DNA from: Setoptus koraiensis
Lineage: Eukaryota; Animalia; Arthropoda
Assembly (NCBI GenBank): GCA_048013815.1
Contig: CM106585.1
Location: 13,640,001 to 13,704,000, forward strand
DNA length: 64,000 nt
Reading direction: 5' to 3'
Positions 12,921-23,511 of this stretch are shown here, one piece after another; the stretch's first letter is position 1; each line of letters opens with the position of its first letter. The notes beneath the pieces are model-generated. The model worked only from the letters and a program-made list of their open reading frames with translations. It did not search any database and was not told the origin of the DNA. A program made the position numbers and the translations under genes.

Positions 12921-13230
12921 CCTAGCGATCCATCAAAATGTAAAATCTTCATGGCAATGTCTAAACAGGAGAAGAAGAACTTCAACGAACCACTTCCAAT
13001 CAACTGCTGGTTCAGATACTTGGACGACACAAAGATTTATAACTACTGCTTGCCATTGATTTAATGCACGGATTTATATGTTCCAATAGGTCAGATGCAA
13101 GGAACCAAAGTGGACTGTGACTGTAATACTGACATATCTTCAAATACAACTAATAAACAGCTATAAATTGTCTGGACTATGTCGATCATCCAATAGATTT
13201 ATAATATACGGAAAGATATAATTTTTGTGT
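12921..13230 (+). mobile_element. Possible decayed Penelope-like reverse transcriptase fragment
   Basis: Frame 12921..13064 reads PSDPSKCKIFMAMSKQEKKNFNEPLPINCWFRYLDDTKIY. The spacing IFM-x18-WxRYLDD resembles PLE RT. A downstream INCLDY after stop codons resembles INFLD. Confidence 0.35.
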
Positions 13231-13408
13231 TCGACTATAAAAACTACCCAATGCCACTATGTATATTGGGAAGAGGTGAACTGCCTACCTATAATCCCGA
13301 TAATCATTTTTGTTCCTTTGGAACTTTATTGCCACAGTTATAACCTTACAAGGTAGAGATTGCTCCATAATACTCTTGTAGACTGGTATATCTTGTTGGG
13401 AAGATCGC

Positions 13409-13764
13409 TCACTGGTAGTAGGATTGATGCTGGTATGAAGGTTCCTCATAATAGACGTGCTGATGCTGTTTTAATACGCTGATAAAATGCAGCAATATAT
13501 TTTGTATGCATGATTTATGGGACAATGTTAGAGTAGGTTTTTCAAGCAAGTTTATAAGTTTGAGAAGTTTTTAACTTACGGCACGGGCACGGGAATGGGT
13601 AGGGGGAGTAGTATCTTTTTGCCGCTATTGAGCAAGATAGTTGCCATAATAACGTTTCTCATAAGTTTCTTTTTACTGCCTGCTTTAACTCCACTGTTGG
13701 TCATATCATTTTGCATGATAGCCGACGTAAATAAAATCGTTATAATTGTATATATGGACAACAT
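13409..13764 (-). CDS. Small secreted protein (~84 aa) with KKKL...LPLPIPVPVP motif and His/Tyr/Gln-rich tail
   Basis: Exons 13580..13764 (donor CC|gtaagt) and 13409..13478 (acceptor ttttatcag). Protein MLSIYTIITILFTSAIMQNDMTNSGVKAGSKKKLMRNVIMATILLNSGKKILLPLPIPVPVPVLKQHQHVYYEEPSYQHQSYYQ; hydrophobic N-terminus. Confidence 0.75.
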
Positions 13765-14069
13765 CTTCAGTGACAACTCCATTCTTCTTTAGTACTAATA
13801 TATCACTCTTAACTATGGATTCCAATAGATTAACGATGGTATCTTGCAGGTTGGTCAGATATGATCTAATTTATATTGCCTTTGAGTTTCTATTGTTACT
13901 TTTGATCGAGGAAGAAACAAATTCATCTGAGCATTTGGTATGACTTCGAAGTTGATCGGATGAAAAAGTTATGGCCGGTGTTGTTAACAAAATATTGAAA
14001 TTACTTTCTGATAAAGAACAGATATTGGTAGCTGGTGACTACCATCTAGTTGATGAGTTAACATCGAGC

Positions 14070-14569
14070 NNNNNNNNNNNNNNNNNNNNNNNNNNNNNNN
14101 NNNNNNNNNNNNNNNNNNNNNNNNNNNNNNNNNNNNNNNNNNNNNNNNNNNNNNNNNNNNNNNNNNNNNNNNNNNNNNNNNNNNNNNNNNNNNNNNNNNN
14201 NNNNNNNNNNNNNNNNNNNNNNNNNNNNNNNNNNNNNNNNNNNNNNNNNNNNNNNNNNNNNNNNNNNNNNNNNNNNNNNNNNNNNNNNNNNNNNNNNNNN
14301 NNNNNNNNNNNNNNNNNNNNNNNNNNNNNNNNNNNNNNNNNNNNNNNNNNNNNNNNNNNNNNNNNNNNNNNNNNNNNNNNNNNNNNNNNNNNNNNNNNNN
14401 NNNNNNNNNNNNNNNNNNNNNNNNNNNNNNNNNNNNNNNNNNNNNNNNNNNNNNNNNNNNNNNNNNNNNNNNNNNNNNNNNNNNNNNNNNNNNNNNNNNN
14501 NNNNNNNNNNNNNNNNNNNNNNNNNNNNNNNNNNNNNNNNNNNNNNNNNNNNNNNNNNNNNNNNNNNNN
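14070..14569. other. Assembly gap (500 N)
   Basis: Run of N. ORFs spanning it in the track are artefacts. Confidence 1.
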
Positions 14570-16400
14570 GTTTGAAAAAAGTTATCCTCCTGTTGAGAAA
14601 GAATCCGAAATAACGTGGATGATTCAAGAGAGTGGAAAAATAAAAAGCCGATCGAAATGTCCAATGTGAATATCCGACTTTCTGCTTGTTACCTTTAACA
14701 TCTAATCAACACTTCATGCATTATAATAATGCTATAGTTCTTGGTCCTCAGAACAGGCAAGTTGATCAGCCATCAGATCATGGGATCAGTAAAGTTATCA
14801 AATCAAACCACACATGCTCGATTGACGTCTGTTGTGACTTGCTTGAAACCGAAAGGCAACAATGAGAATTCTCACAGTGCAGACTGATCATTCTTCAAAA
14901 AGTGATCAAGAACAGTCAAAGCAAATAATCAATGGTCTATGATAATCATGTCCATAGACGAAGGATACCTACAGAAAGGAATCCTGCACTAGAACAGCAG
15001 AGTAGTTGCGCCGGTTAGGCTCTAAACCAAATAGCAACAGCTTCGAAATGGTTGTTACAAGCAATGACTGCTTATAGTTCGACACAATAAGATCAATTAA
15101 ACATAGGAAGACCAGATCAGGCTGAGGAAACGATGATGACCCTAGGAAATTCTGTAACCACTACTTATCTGCCACTAAAAAACGAAGTGTTCATTATGGC
15201 AGATGAATCGATGGGGAGCACAAGCTAGAATTATTATCGACTTACCATCCAGGTTGGTCTCGACATTCTCATAAAATAAAGAACGGTCACAACCTTGTTA
15301 CTCACGCAAATATAGGACCTTAGTTACCGATCAACAGTGAAAATACAAAGACATCGATGATAATCAGATTGAGACTGAGCTTAGAATAGTCTTCTCTATT
15401 GTTATTGTAATGCTGGTTCATGTCGCTGTTCCTAATGCAAACATGGATGGCGACACAGTAATGGTTTCGGCTTTGGTAGTTCAAATACTTAGAACATCAA
15501 CTTATCTATTGGTACTGAACGTTTTTTTTTATCATTGAATTGATAAAACAAAATCAATTGGCCAAAACAGGCGCTGATTACATTATTTGTCGCAACGACG
15601 AACAATTTAGCTTATCATGTCAGTCCTTGATGCTATCTCCATACGCCGATGTCTAAGCTGACAGAGCTAATAGAATAATAAATGGTGATATTATTAAAAA
15701 ATAATCTATTTGCACTTTTGCAAGCCGGCTACTGTCTCATCGATTCGGTTCGCAGTTTATTTCCTCCTTTTAAAATCTATAAGAATCTCACTAAAAAAGT
15801 AATTTGGTAAGTAGATTGTACTTGTAAGTTAGATTTATTTACAGATGATATTGTTTGTGTATTGATAAAGTTTGTATTATCAGTTTAAACGTGACAAACG
15901 AATGGAATTAAGTGTTTGTCATTAAGATTAAATGATTAGAGGAAAAAAAATAAAACCTTATCATGTTAGTGCATAGAACTCCAAACTTGAACATCAACTT
16001 GCGACATGATTATAATGAACGATGATACTGTACCCTGGCCCAAGACAGTAGCGGGTATGTGTAACCCGAGATATATGACTCGGTGTAGCTTTTTGACATA
16101 TGCCCGCGCGGTCATGGACATAGCGGCCTTGGAGTATTTCGCAAAAAGGACTATGTTACGTTGCGGTATAAAAGAAAGAGTCCGCATGTGTAGCAGCGGC
16201 GTTATCTCATATGACTAACTGTGTCAGCAGTGTTTGACAGCATGCTATTTAAGTCAGTTTATTTCAAACTCTAGTCATAGACGATAATGTTAAGTGACAA
16301 TTGAATGTTTTTCCAATATTGAAATAATAATACACGAACCAGTCATCTAACAATCTTCAAACAAAAGAATCAGTGTGATTAATCAACTCATATAGTAACA

Positions 16401-17591
16401 ATGAACAGTAGTAAAACCAACGGACATTCGGAACGAAAAAAGGGCCAGGCAACTTTGGCCTTACACTATGGCCAAGAATCTGACCAATGGAGTCACAAAC
16501 CCCTAATGACTCCTATATACTTAACCACGACTTACTGTCAGAATGAGCCAGGTGGGGCTCAATTCGAGTACTCAAGAAGTGATAATCCGTCAAGAGCCGT
16601 TCTCGAAAAAACGCTCGCAGTTCTAGAGGGTGCCGATTACGGTCTTGCGTTGAGCTCCGGCCTGGGGGCATTGACGGTTACATCGTATTTGCTACGCAGT
16701 GGCCAGCATGTATTGTGTTGCGATGATGTTTATGGTGGAACCAATAGATTTTTTGCGAAGTGTGCATCAAGGATGAACATAACAACTACCTTTGTCGATG
16801 CAACTAAAACAGAGAGCTGGTCTAGTTCGTTTGTTGTTGGAAAAACCAAGTTAGTATGGATAGAGACACCGACAAATCCAACATTGAAAGTAATAGATAT
16901 CCAGAATGTCAGCCAATCCATTAAAGCTTTGGATCCAGAATGTATAGTTGTAGTAGACAATACTTTCATGACTCCCATATTACAAAGACCACTGGATTTG
17001 GGTGCAGATATAGTGATTCATTCGTGTACCAAATACCTAAATGGTCACTCGGATGTTATCATGGGCTGCTTGGTGACAAGAAACAAGCAATTATTTGAAG
17101 AGCTTAAATTTTTTCAAAATGCTCTAGGTATAGTACCTTCACCGTTCGATTGTTATCAAGTGTCAAGAAGCCTGAAAACGTTGAAAGTACGTGTCAGACA
17201 GCAGCAAGCATCAGCACTGATGGTTGCGGAGTTCCTCGAGAAAAATGATCATGTTAAGAAGGTGCATTATCCAGGACTTGAGAGTCACCCTCAACATGAA
17301 TTGGTCAAAAAACAATGTAGCGGATTTGGAGGCATGGTTTCTGTTTACTTCAAAGATGGTCAAACAGCGTTGAGACTCGTAAAAAATGTTAAGGTGTTCA
17401 GTTTGGCCGAGAGTTTAGGGTGCGTATGTTCTTTGTTGGAAATACCAGCATTAATGACTCACACCTCAGTCCCCGAAGATCAACGCAAACATCTAGGAAT
17501 CGATGACAGTTTGGTACGTATGTCGATAGGATTGGAGGATCCAGAGGATCTCATAGAAGATTTGAGCCAAGCTCTGAATTCAAAAGTATAG
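16401..17591 (+). CDS. CTH: Cystathionine gamma-lyase, intronless
   Basis: PIYLTTTY, FEYSRSDNPSR, WIETPTNP, VVDNTF, PLP-lysine motif SCTKYLNGHSD, FSLAESLG, LVRMSIGLED. Confidence 0.93.
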   Translation: MNSSKTNGHSERKKGQATLALHYGQESDQWSHKPLMTPIYLTTTYCQNEPGGAQFEYSRSDNPSRAVLEKTLAVLEGADYGLALSSGLGALTVTSYLLRSGQHVLCCDDVYGGTNRFFAKCASRMNITTTFVDATKTESWSSSFVVGKTKLVWIETPTNPTLKVIDIQNVSQSIKALDPECIVVVDNTFMTPILQRPLDLGADIVIHSCTKYLNGHSDVIMGCLVTRNKQLFEELKFFQNALGIVPSPFDCYQVSRSLKTLKVRVRQQQASALMVAEFLEKNDHVKKVHYPGLESHPQHELVKKQCSGFGGMVSVYFKDGQTALRLVKNVKVFSLAESLGCVCSLLEIPALMTHTSVPEDQRKHLGIDDSLVRMSIGLEDPEDLIEDLSQALNSKV

Positions 17592-17689
17592 AGCCTAGGT
17601 AGTTCAAGCTTGTGGTATGGACCAAATAAATAGACGCAGTGATCAATGTGAGGGAGTCAAAAATGGCAAAATTTATTATTTCCATTTCA

Positions 17690-20512
17690 TTATGTTGTAT
17701 CCTGACTGGCTATCTTTGCTAACTTACTCAAGCTCAGCAATGTCCTTTGCTTTTCTGGATTTATGTTTTCTACATTGGCCAATCTATCCAAAGTTACACT
17801 AGCTGCTTCGTACTGCTTAAGCTCTATTTGATGCAACCATTTCAATTGGTTGTGCTCCAGTAGGAATGCACTCAGTTTCGGGCTTGGTAAAGTTGCCAAC
17901 AACTCATTTTGTTTGCCCTCTTTCAAAAAATAATTAAACAGATATTCGGCAAAATCATCATACTTGGAAATATACAACTTCAACATTTCTTGGCTGTCAC
18001 AGGCTTCGCAAATTCTTGTCAGAGCATGGAAATCTCTGTATTTCTCTGCCAACTCTGCGGCGGGTTTGTATCGTGCGCTGATGAAAGGTTTGAAACATTT
18101 CAACCTATCATCTTCGTAGGATTTTTTAACTACAGCCATTCTAGGATCTTGATCATCGATATTCTCGATACGAGTCTGATATTCTTCAAATATCCAATTC
18201 GAAATATTCATCAGAGCTGCATAGACTTTATCTTTCGATTCAAGATTATCAACGATACTGGCTGATACTAAAGCTGTTTCTACTCCATGTTTCAGTACTA
18301 TATCATATTGTTCCATAAGTGCAGATTTACCACTCTGTTCACTTGGTTCAGAAGTCCATGGTATCTGTCCGTATTTCTCTGAGGTACCGCCTGAAAAATC
18401 GTTTGATTTCCGAAGATTTTGCACTCGTCGGAATACTTCTTCGAAAATTGAGGTCACATTCAAAACCAAGTCCACTATGCTTGATGTGTTCTGATTATGG
18501 ATTGTATGGAGGGCGTTCAGCTCGTAGGATATCAATCCATGCAACAGGCTATCCAATCTGCTGGGTTGTTTCAAGTAACTTTCGAAGCAGTGATTATTGT
18601 TCGGTTGCATGACAGGAGCTTGCTTGTTTGTGCTTGTCTTTGATGTTACTATAGATACGGTTTCCTCAATGATTTTTGTGAACTTCTTTTTTAGATGTAG
18701 GTCGATTAAAAGTAAGGAAACGACAAGTTTCTCCCGATGCTCCTTCAATGCAAAGTGAGTGGATATAGTCACATTGTTTCTCTTCAAACAACTCAATTCG
18801 GCCCACAAAGTAGAGTCTTTCAGAAAATCTATGAGAGCTCCATGCAAATCAGACTTGAATCTGATGATACTATTCGTTTTGGTGAACGACAGAGAGAATG
18901 CTGATCTGGTTGATTCTGGTAACCCATAAAGTTTAGCCTCTTGTATAGACTTGATATCATCATCTATTATTTCGAGACTTAGAGCAAAAGCAGCTTCGTT
19001 GATATCATGCTTACTATCTTGCGTCGAGTGAAAACGTAATATATCTTTAACAATATGATGGCATGTAACCAAGTCGTGCTTGTTGTGCTCTTGAAATGCT
19101 GATCGCAACTTGGTAATCGCATCATCTCCATAACTAACTTCAGATTCTTGATCGCTCATGTCTGCCAGCTGCGGATTATCAAAACCAATTACAGATGATG
19201 TATGTACTGAGACTAACCCATCTCTTTGGGTGAAAAGAAGCGGGTGACCATCAACTATGTTAGCTCCAATAATACTGTCCTGCTGATTATGGAAGTCTAC
19301 TACATCAATAATATCTCCATCAATTTTTGTCAAAAACAAGAACTTTCTATCATATACATAGCACATGGTAGAGTTCGTTGTTCTCCTTTCGACAAATCTC
19401 AAAGAAAGAAGTTGCTCTTCAGTTGACTTTGTGTAAGAGCATTTGTATAAATTGAGTGTACTAATGCTGGATATGTTGTTGTTTGGTTGATTTGGGTTAA
19501 ATTTGGCTATGGCGTAATGGACGATCTGAGGACTTGAGGTATGTTTCGAAGCAGCTAGCAAGATGATTAGTTCATTGCTTTTGGTGGTTATCATATCAAT
19601 TGGCCAAATAGTGACCTCATTGTAGTCGGTCTCTCTTTCCCACAATTTGTTAATACATGTAAGATGATCGAATATAGATTTTTGCAAGTCCCATGCGCTC
19701 ATAAGTTGGCTTGGTGGCAACCCGAAACTGTTAGTAAGCGTGCGTCTCTGTAATTTAAGATTTGATGACATAATAAATAGGTGACGATCGGAGCTAATGG
19801 TTTGAGATGTGTCTGCTGAAGATAAGTGAGACGGTTGTTTTACGACGGCAATCAATGGTCGACTTGATTCAACACTTTGATCATTCGGTATGGACCCAAA
19901 AAATAGGTTAGTCACTCGACGTCCGATTCCAGACAAAATGCTTTCAGGTGCGTTGAGCATGGAGCAATTGAGTATGTTTTTAGCATCATGGGCGGTGATG
20001 TCTATCGTCAAAAGAAACACAGAGCTTGTTGTAGTTCCGAGAGCAAATTCCAACTGTGACAAGGGGACTAAAGTGTAACACTCTTGTCCTTGTAAATCGG
20101 ATGCAACGGCCTCAGTGTGGCGGTCATTGGCAATGCTGGACCAGAATCTTATAGTTCCTTCAGGTGATACAGCTATGGTTGCAGGGACAGTGTGTGTTTT
20201 GCCCGTTGTGGTGCCATGTGGCATAAAAAATACGTGAATGAGATCTGCCCTATGGACAAGATCAGATGGTGGAAGCTGTAGCTCATAGCAAGGACTAAGC
20301 GTCCGCCTGGCTTTTGAGACCTGGCTTGTTGATTTGACATCTTTGAATTTCCATATGAACAATTTTCGTCCGCTTATTATCCATGCCCAGCCACGATCAC
20401 TCAATTTTACACTAATTGATGAGAACGATACTCCATCGGCACTCAGAGCTTCCACCACCAAGAATGGCAACAAAGAGTCATAATTGCGTCGTGTAATCTT
20501 AATTTCGGTCAT
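17690..20512 (-). CDS. Nup133: Nucleoporin Nup133, intronless CDS, C-terminally shortened
   Basis: LPFLVVEAL...GWAWIISGRKLFIWK (N-terminal beta-propeller start), LAEKYRDFHAL..ICE, LKWLHQI, TLLSLSKLA. First ATG at 20512; the track start is a TTG. Confidence 0.88.
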   Translation of the reverse strand: MTEIKITRRNYDSLLPFLVVEALSADGVSFSSISVKLSDRGWAWIISGRKLFIWKFKDVKSTSQVSKARRTLSPCYELQLPPSDLVHRADLIHVFFMPHGTTTGKTHTVPATIAVSPEGTIRFWSSIANDRHTEAVASDLQGQECYTLVPLSQLEFALGTTTSSVFLLTIDITAHDAKNILNCSMLNAPESILSGIGRRVTNLFFGSIPNDQSVESSRPLIAVVKQPSHLSSADTSQTISSDRHLFIMSSNLKLQRRTLTNSFGLPPSQLMSAWDLQKSIFDHLTCINKLWERETDYNEVTIWPIDMITTKSNELIILLAASKHTSSPQIVHYAIAKFNPNQPNNNISSISTLNLYKCSYTKSTEEQLLSLRFVERRTTNSTMCYVYDRKFLFLTKIDGDIIDVVDFHNQQDSIIGANIVDGHPLLFTQRDGLVSVHTSSVIGFDNPQLADMSDQESEVSYGDDAITKLRSAFQEHNKHDLVTCHHIVKDILRFHSTQDSKHDINEAAFALSLEIIDDDIKSIQEAKLYGLPESTRSAFSLSFTKTNSIIRFKSDLHGALIDFLKDSTLWAELSCLKRNNVTISTHFALKEHREKLVVSLLLIDLHLKKKFTKIIEETVSIVTSKTSTNKQAPVMQPNNNHCFESYLKQPSRLDSLLHGLISYELNALHTIHNQNTSSIVDLVLNVTSIFEEVFRRVQNLRKSNDFSGGTSEKYGQIPWTSEPSEQSGKSALMEQYDIVLKHGVETALVSASIVDNLESKDKVYAALMNISNWIFEEYQTRIENIDDQDPRMAVVKKSYEDDRLKCFKPFISARYKPAAELAEKYRDFHALTRICEACDSQEMLKLYISKYDDFAEYLFNYFLKEGKQNELLATLPSPKLSAFLLEHNQLKWLHQIELKQYEAASVTLDRLANVENINPEKQRTLLSLSKLAKIASQDTT

Positions 20513-20722
20513 AACTGGACAAATCAATATTTTGATAAAATGTAAAAAGATGTACTAGAATACACAAGACCAATAATTGATGATGATGTGGTCTTCGTAT
20601 GTGTGAATGTTTTATATGAAACAAGATATGTTAAGGTAAGGTAGGGAACCTTAGGTATGTTATCTTTCACTGGAGGCGATTCCTATTTGTGGGTAGTGAT
20701 TTTATTACATCCGATGAATGAA
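20512..20722 (-). promoter_or_regulatory. Nup133 upstream module, mirror copy of the HAT1 upstream module
   Basis: On the minus strand: 21-bp perfect block 20699..20719, 14/20 block 20662..20681, 15/16 block 20597..20612, and CAG|TT-ATG, all collinear with 21121..21332. Confidence 0.75.
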
Positions 20723-21120
20723 GTTTTTTAATAATCGATAAAACGTGGTATAAAATTTTTAAATAAGAAGATACACAGTTGTAATAATACTCTCAGGACA
20801 GGCACAGAAACTAATTGATGATTGAAGCCTGTAGAAAAGACCGCACAGATTGTGCGCACATGAAATCGTGCTCACACCTAACAAAGGTAATTGCCCACCC
20901 CACATGGCACTCATGATTTGGCGCCACTCGTAATATTTGACCATAAGGTTCTTCCAATCACTACGGCTTCATGGTCTCTACTAGATGCGACTATCAGTTA
21001 CCATTTATTTGTACTCACAACCCCATCAGTACGATAATTCACATTCACTATATGAAGGTATTGTCCCAAATTTAATCACCATTTGAACACCCCTAACATT
21101 TAACAACATTACAGAGATTA

Positions 21121-21332
21121 TTTATTCATCGGATGTAATAAAATTGTTCACTCACTCTGAGATCACCTCTATTGAATCATTGTGATTTTATTGTCAGTAA
21201 TCATTCAAAGCCTATAATAATATATCTGAGGTAACGGTTTTTTATTTTAAACATTCACATATACCCTAACGCTGACATCTATTGTATACTAACAATTTTT
21301 TGTTAAATAAATAATTTTCGGAGCCAGTCATG
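21121..21332 (+). promoter_or_regulatory. HAT1 upstream module with probable 5'UTR intron (21231..21327)
   Basis: attcatcggatgtaataaaat at 21124..21144, donor gag|gtaacg, acceptor ccag|tcATG. Confidence 0.7.
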
Positions 21333-22886
21333 ACTTCTGAAATCAAAATGGAGGAAGCCGAAAACCAAAATGTTGATCAAGCTACAACCATAGCCAATAA
21401 CACACCACATTCTACAACAACAGGGGAGGACACAGCACATTTGGCGGCCAGGTCAACCGGTTCCGATTTTTCTGACTTTACCGCCGATGGCAACTTTTGT
21501 GTGTACTTTAAACTCATTCGAGATCAGACCGACATCGAAGAGGATATCAAGCAAAATGCCTTCCTACCTGATTTTGTTCATCAATTCTTTGTTGAATCCG
21601 AAAGGATCTTCGGTTACAAGAAACCCATTATGAAAATGTTCTATTCTGCCAGTCAGCTAAAGCGTTACATCAGCTTTGAATATAGCGACAAACTCTCGCT
21701 TGAGAAACACGGCATCGAGCCAGACGATGTTATGAAGGCCATAGAGCCAGTATTACTGGAAGCTCCCTACACAACTAATATCAATCAATTCTCTTCCGAC
21801 TTGGAGAGTACTTCGGAGAAAGAATTCAGACCTCCAGGTCGATTGATCAAAGAATTCAGTGTCGAGTTCAATAAGCCGTCAATGTTGAGTAGAGCCCAGT
21901 TGGAACAGATTTGTGAAAGTATGGGCTCTTACCAAGCTAATGGCGGATCGGCCCCGAAGACGAATGGTAACCTATCTCTACCCAATGCCAGCTCAGGCAG
22001 ACTCGACCTTCTCGCAAGCAGACTCAACGGAGGAACAAATGCCACGACAACTAGCTCTTTCAGCGAACCTAAGAAACGCAACTTTTGCATATACAAGGCA
22101 TGTGTTGATGATGAAGGATTCAGACCTTTATTCGCTAAAATGCAAACATTTGTCATGTGGTTCATTGATGCAGCAAACATGATTGATGTTGATGATGTAC
22201 ATTGGGATTTCTTTTTGGTTTTCGAGAAACACAGCCCTGCAGCGTCCGCTGTAACTACTGAGGAGAGGTATTTCTTTGTTGGCTATGCCACAGTGTATCG
22301 TTACTATGCTTGGCCCGACAAAACGAGACCTAGAATTTCTCAGGTCCTCCTTTTACCACCATTCAGGAAAAACAGTATTGGTACCAGCCTCCTCCGCACC
22401 ATCTACGATTGGTACAAATCTCAACCAAGTACACTTGATATCACAGCAGAGGATCCAAATGAACAATTCATATCGATGAGAGATTATGTTGACTGCAAGA
22501 ATTGCATGGAACTCGAATCTTTCAAACCAGAAAATCTCATGACAGGTTGGTCTGATGAAATGGCTAAGGAAGCCCAACAAAAACTTCGATTGTGCCATCG
22601 ACAAGCAAGGAAGGTCTACGAAATACTCCGCCTGAAAAATCTTAATAGTGATGATGAAGAGGCCTACAGAAAATTCAGATTGGATATCAAGAACAGGCTC
22701 AATGGCCCAGCCCAGCGCGCTAAACTCGATTGTGAGAAATTAGAGAAGAAAGGGTATCCGTTGCCAGAAGAATTGCAAGCTAAACGTCTAGCTGATCACG
22801 CCAGGTACGAGTTATTGGAAGAAAATTATCAAGAGCTTGAAAAACAGTACAAGATGACCATCAAGAAGCTGCTTGAGTCATCATAG
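21330..22886 (+). CDS. HAT1: Histone acetyltransferase type B catalytic subunit, intronless
   Basis: FLPDFVHQFFVESERIFGY, MQTFVMWFIDAANMIDVDD..W.FF, FVGYATVYRYY, RPRISQVLLLPPFR..IG, DITAEDP, RKVYEILRL, YRKFRLDIKNRL. Confidence 0.93.
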   Translation: MTSEIKMEEAENQNVDQATTIANNTPHSTTTGEDTAHLAARSTGSDFSDFTADGNFCVYFKLIRDQTDIEEDIKQNAFLPDFVHQFFVESERIFGYKKPIMKMFYSASQLKRYISFEYSDKLSLEKHGIEPDDVMKAIEPVLLEAPYTTNINQFSSDLESTSEKEFRPPGRLIKEFSVEFNKPSMLSRAQLEQICESMGSYQANGGSAPKTNGNLSLPNASSGRLDLLASRLNGGTNATTTSSFSEPKKRNFCIYKACVDDEGFRPLFAKMQTFVMWFIDAANMIDVDDVHWDFFLVFEKHSPAASAVTTEERYFFVGYATVYRYYAWPDKTRPRISQVLLLPPFRKNSIGTSLLRTIYDWYKSQPSTLDITAEDPNEQFISMRDYVDCKNCMELESFKPENLMTGWSDEMAKEAQQKLRLCHRQARKVYEILRLKNLNSDDEEAYRKFRLDIKNRLNGPAQRAKLDCEKLEKKGYPLPEELQAKRLADHARYELLEENYQELEKQYKMTIKKLLESS

Positions 22887-23226
22887 TTTTTTTAAATACA
22901 ACCACAGCACCTCGGAATACTTCCTCGGATTAACCTCTTGTGCAAGGTTAATTTCAAATAAAAGCAATTTTATATATTTTTTCAAGCGTCATAACTCTTT
23001 TTGTGTGGGGTATATAGTTGCATAGATACGCCATCTGGGATACACTTTTTGGGGCACCGTCGTTTAGGCAGGATGGTTTGAGACACAAGGAACAACTATT
23101 ACGCTACGGTGGTAGTAGGATGGCAAAAAGAACAGTAGAGGACAGACGAGCTGGCAAGAAAAGTTGACGCGGAGTTTATTGCCGATGGTGTCGTCGGGGA
23201 AATTCATTATCAATAAGTTATATCGC

Positions 23227-23511
23227 TTAAGTATCAAGGCTGTCCAATCGTTTGAGTCTATCCCTCAAAAATTTCTGTATTTTCCTTTCGAACTCAATCT
23301 TTTCTTTATATTGTGAAAGCTCTGATTTGAGCGCCTTATTAACCAGCATAGCCTCCCTCAAATGGTGTTGTAAGAAGATGCATTTTGCCCTATATCTATT
23401 GTTTTTGGCCTCGTTACCTTCATCACTTTGTGAGCAACTGGACGACGATGAAGATTGAGTGGGGTAGTTCCGAGGATGTGATTGGCCTCCGAGTGTGTTG
23501 GCACCTTCCAT
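23227..23511 (-). CDS. INO80E/TFPT/TBRG1-type coiled-coil small protein
   Basis: RYRAKC..LQHHLREAMLVNKALKSELSQYKEKIEFERKIQKFLRDRL resembles the recalled INO80E N-terminal coil (YKKKYRNLK...ECFQEEL...SFLLDRL). Confidence 0.45.
   Translation of the reverse strand: MEGANTLGGQSHPRNYPTQSSSSSSCSQSDEGNEAKNNRYRAKCIFLQHHLREAMLVNKALKSELSQYKEKIEFERKIQKFLRDRLKRLDSLDT

Noticed and set aside
13971-14900. Gypsy RNase H-like words (SYPPVEKE, LTVQTDH) and an EN-like ILVAGDYH beside the gap
   Set aside because: The motifs are ~100 codons apart instead of ~25-30 and are separated by stops; too weak to call.
15966-16218. GC-richer island with 70-aa ORFs on both strands upstream of CTH
   Set aside because: No recognisable motif, splice structure or RNA family; probably promoter sequence.
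16401-17591. Horizontal transfer of the intronless CTH
   Set aside because: The sequence resembles animal CTH, and lack of introns is the norm in this window.
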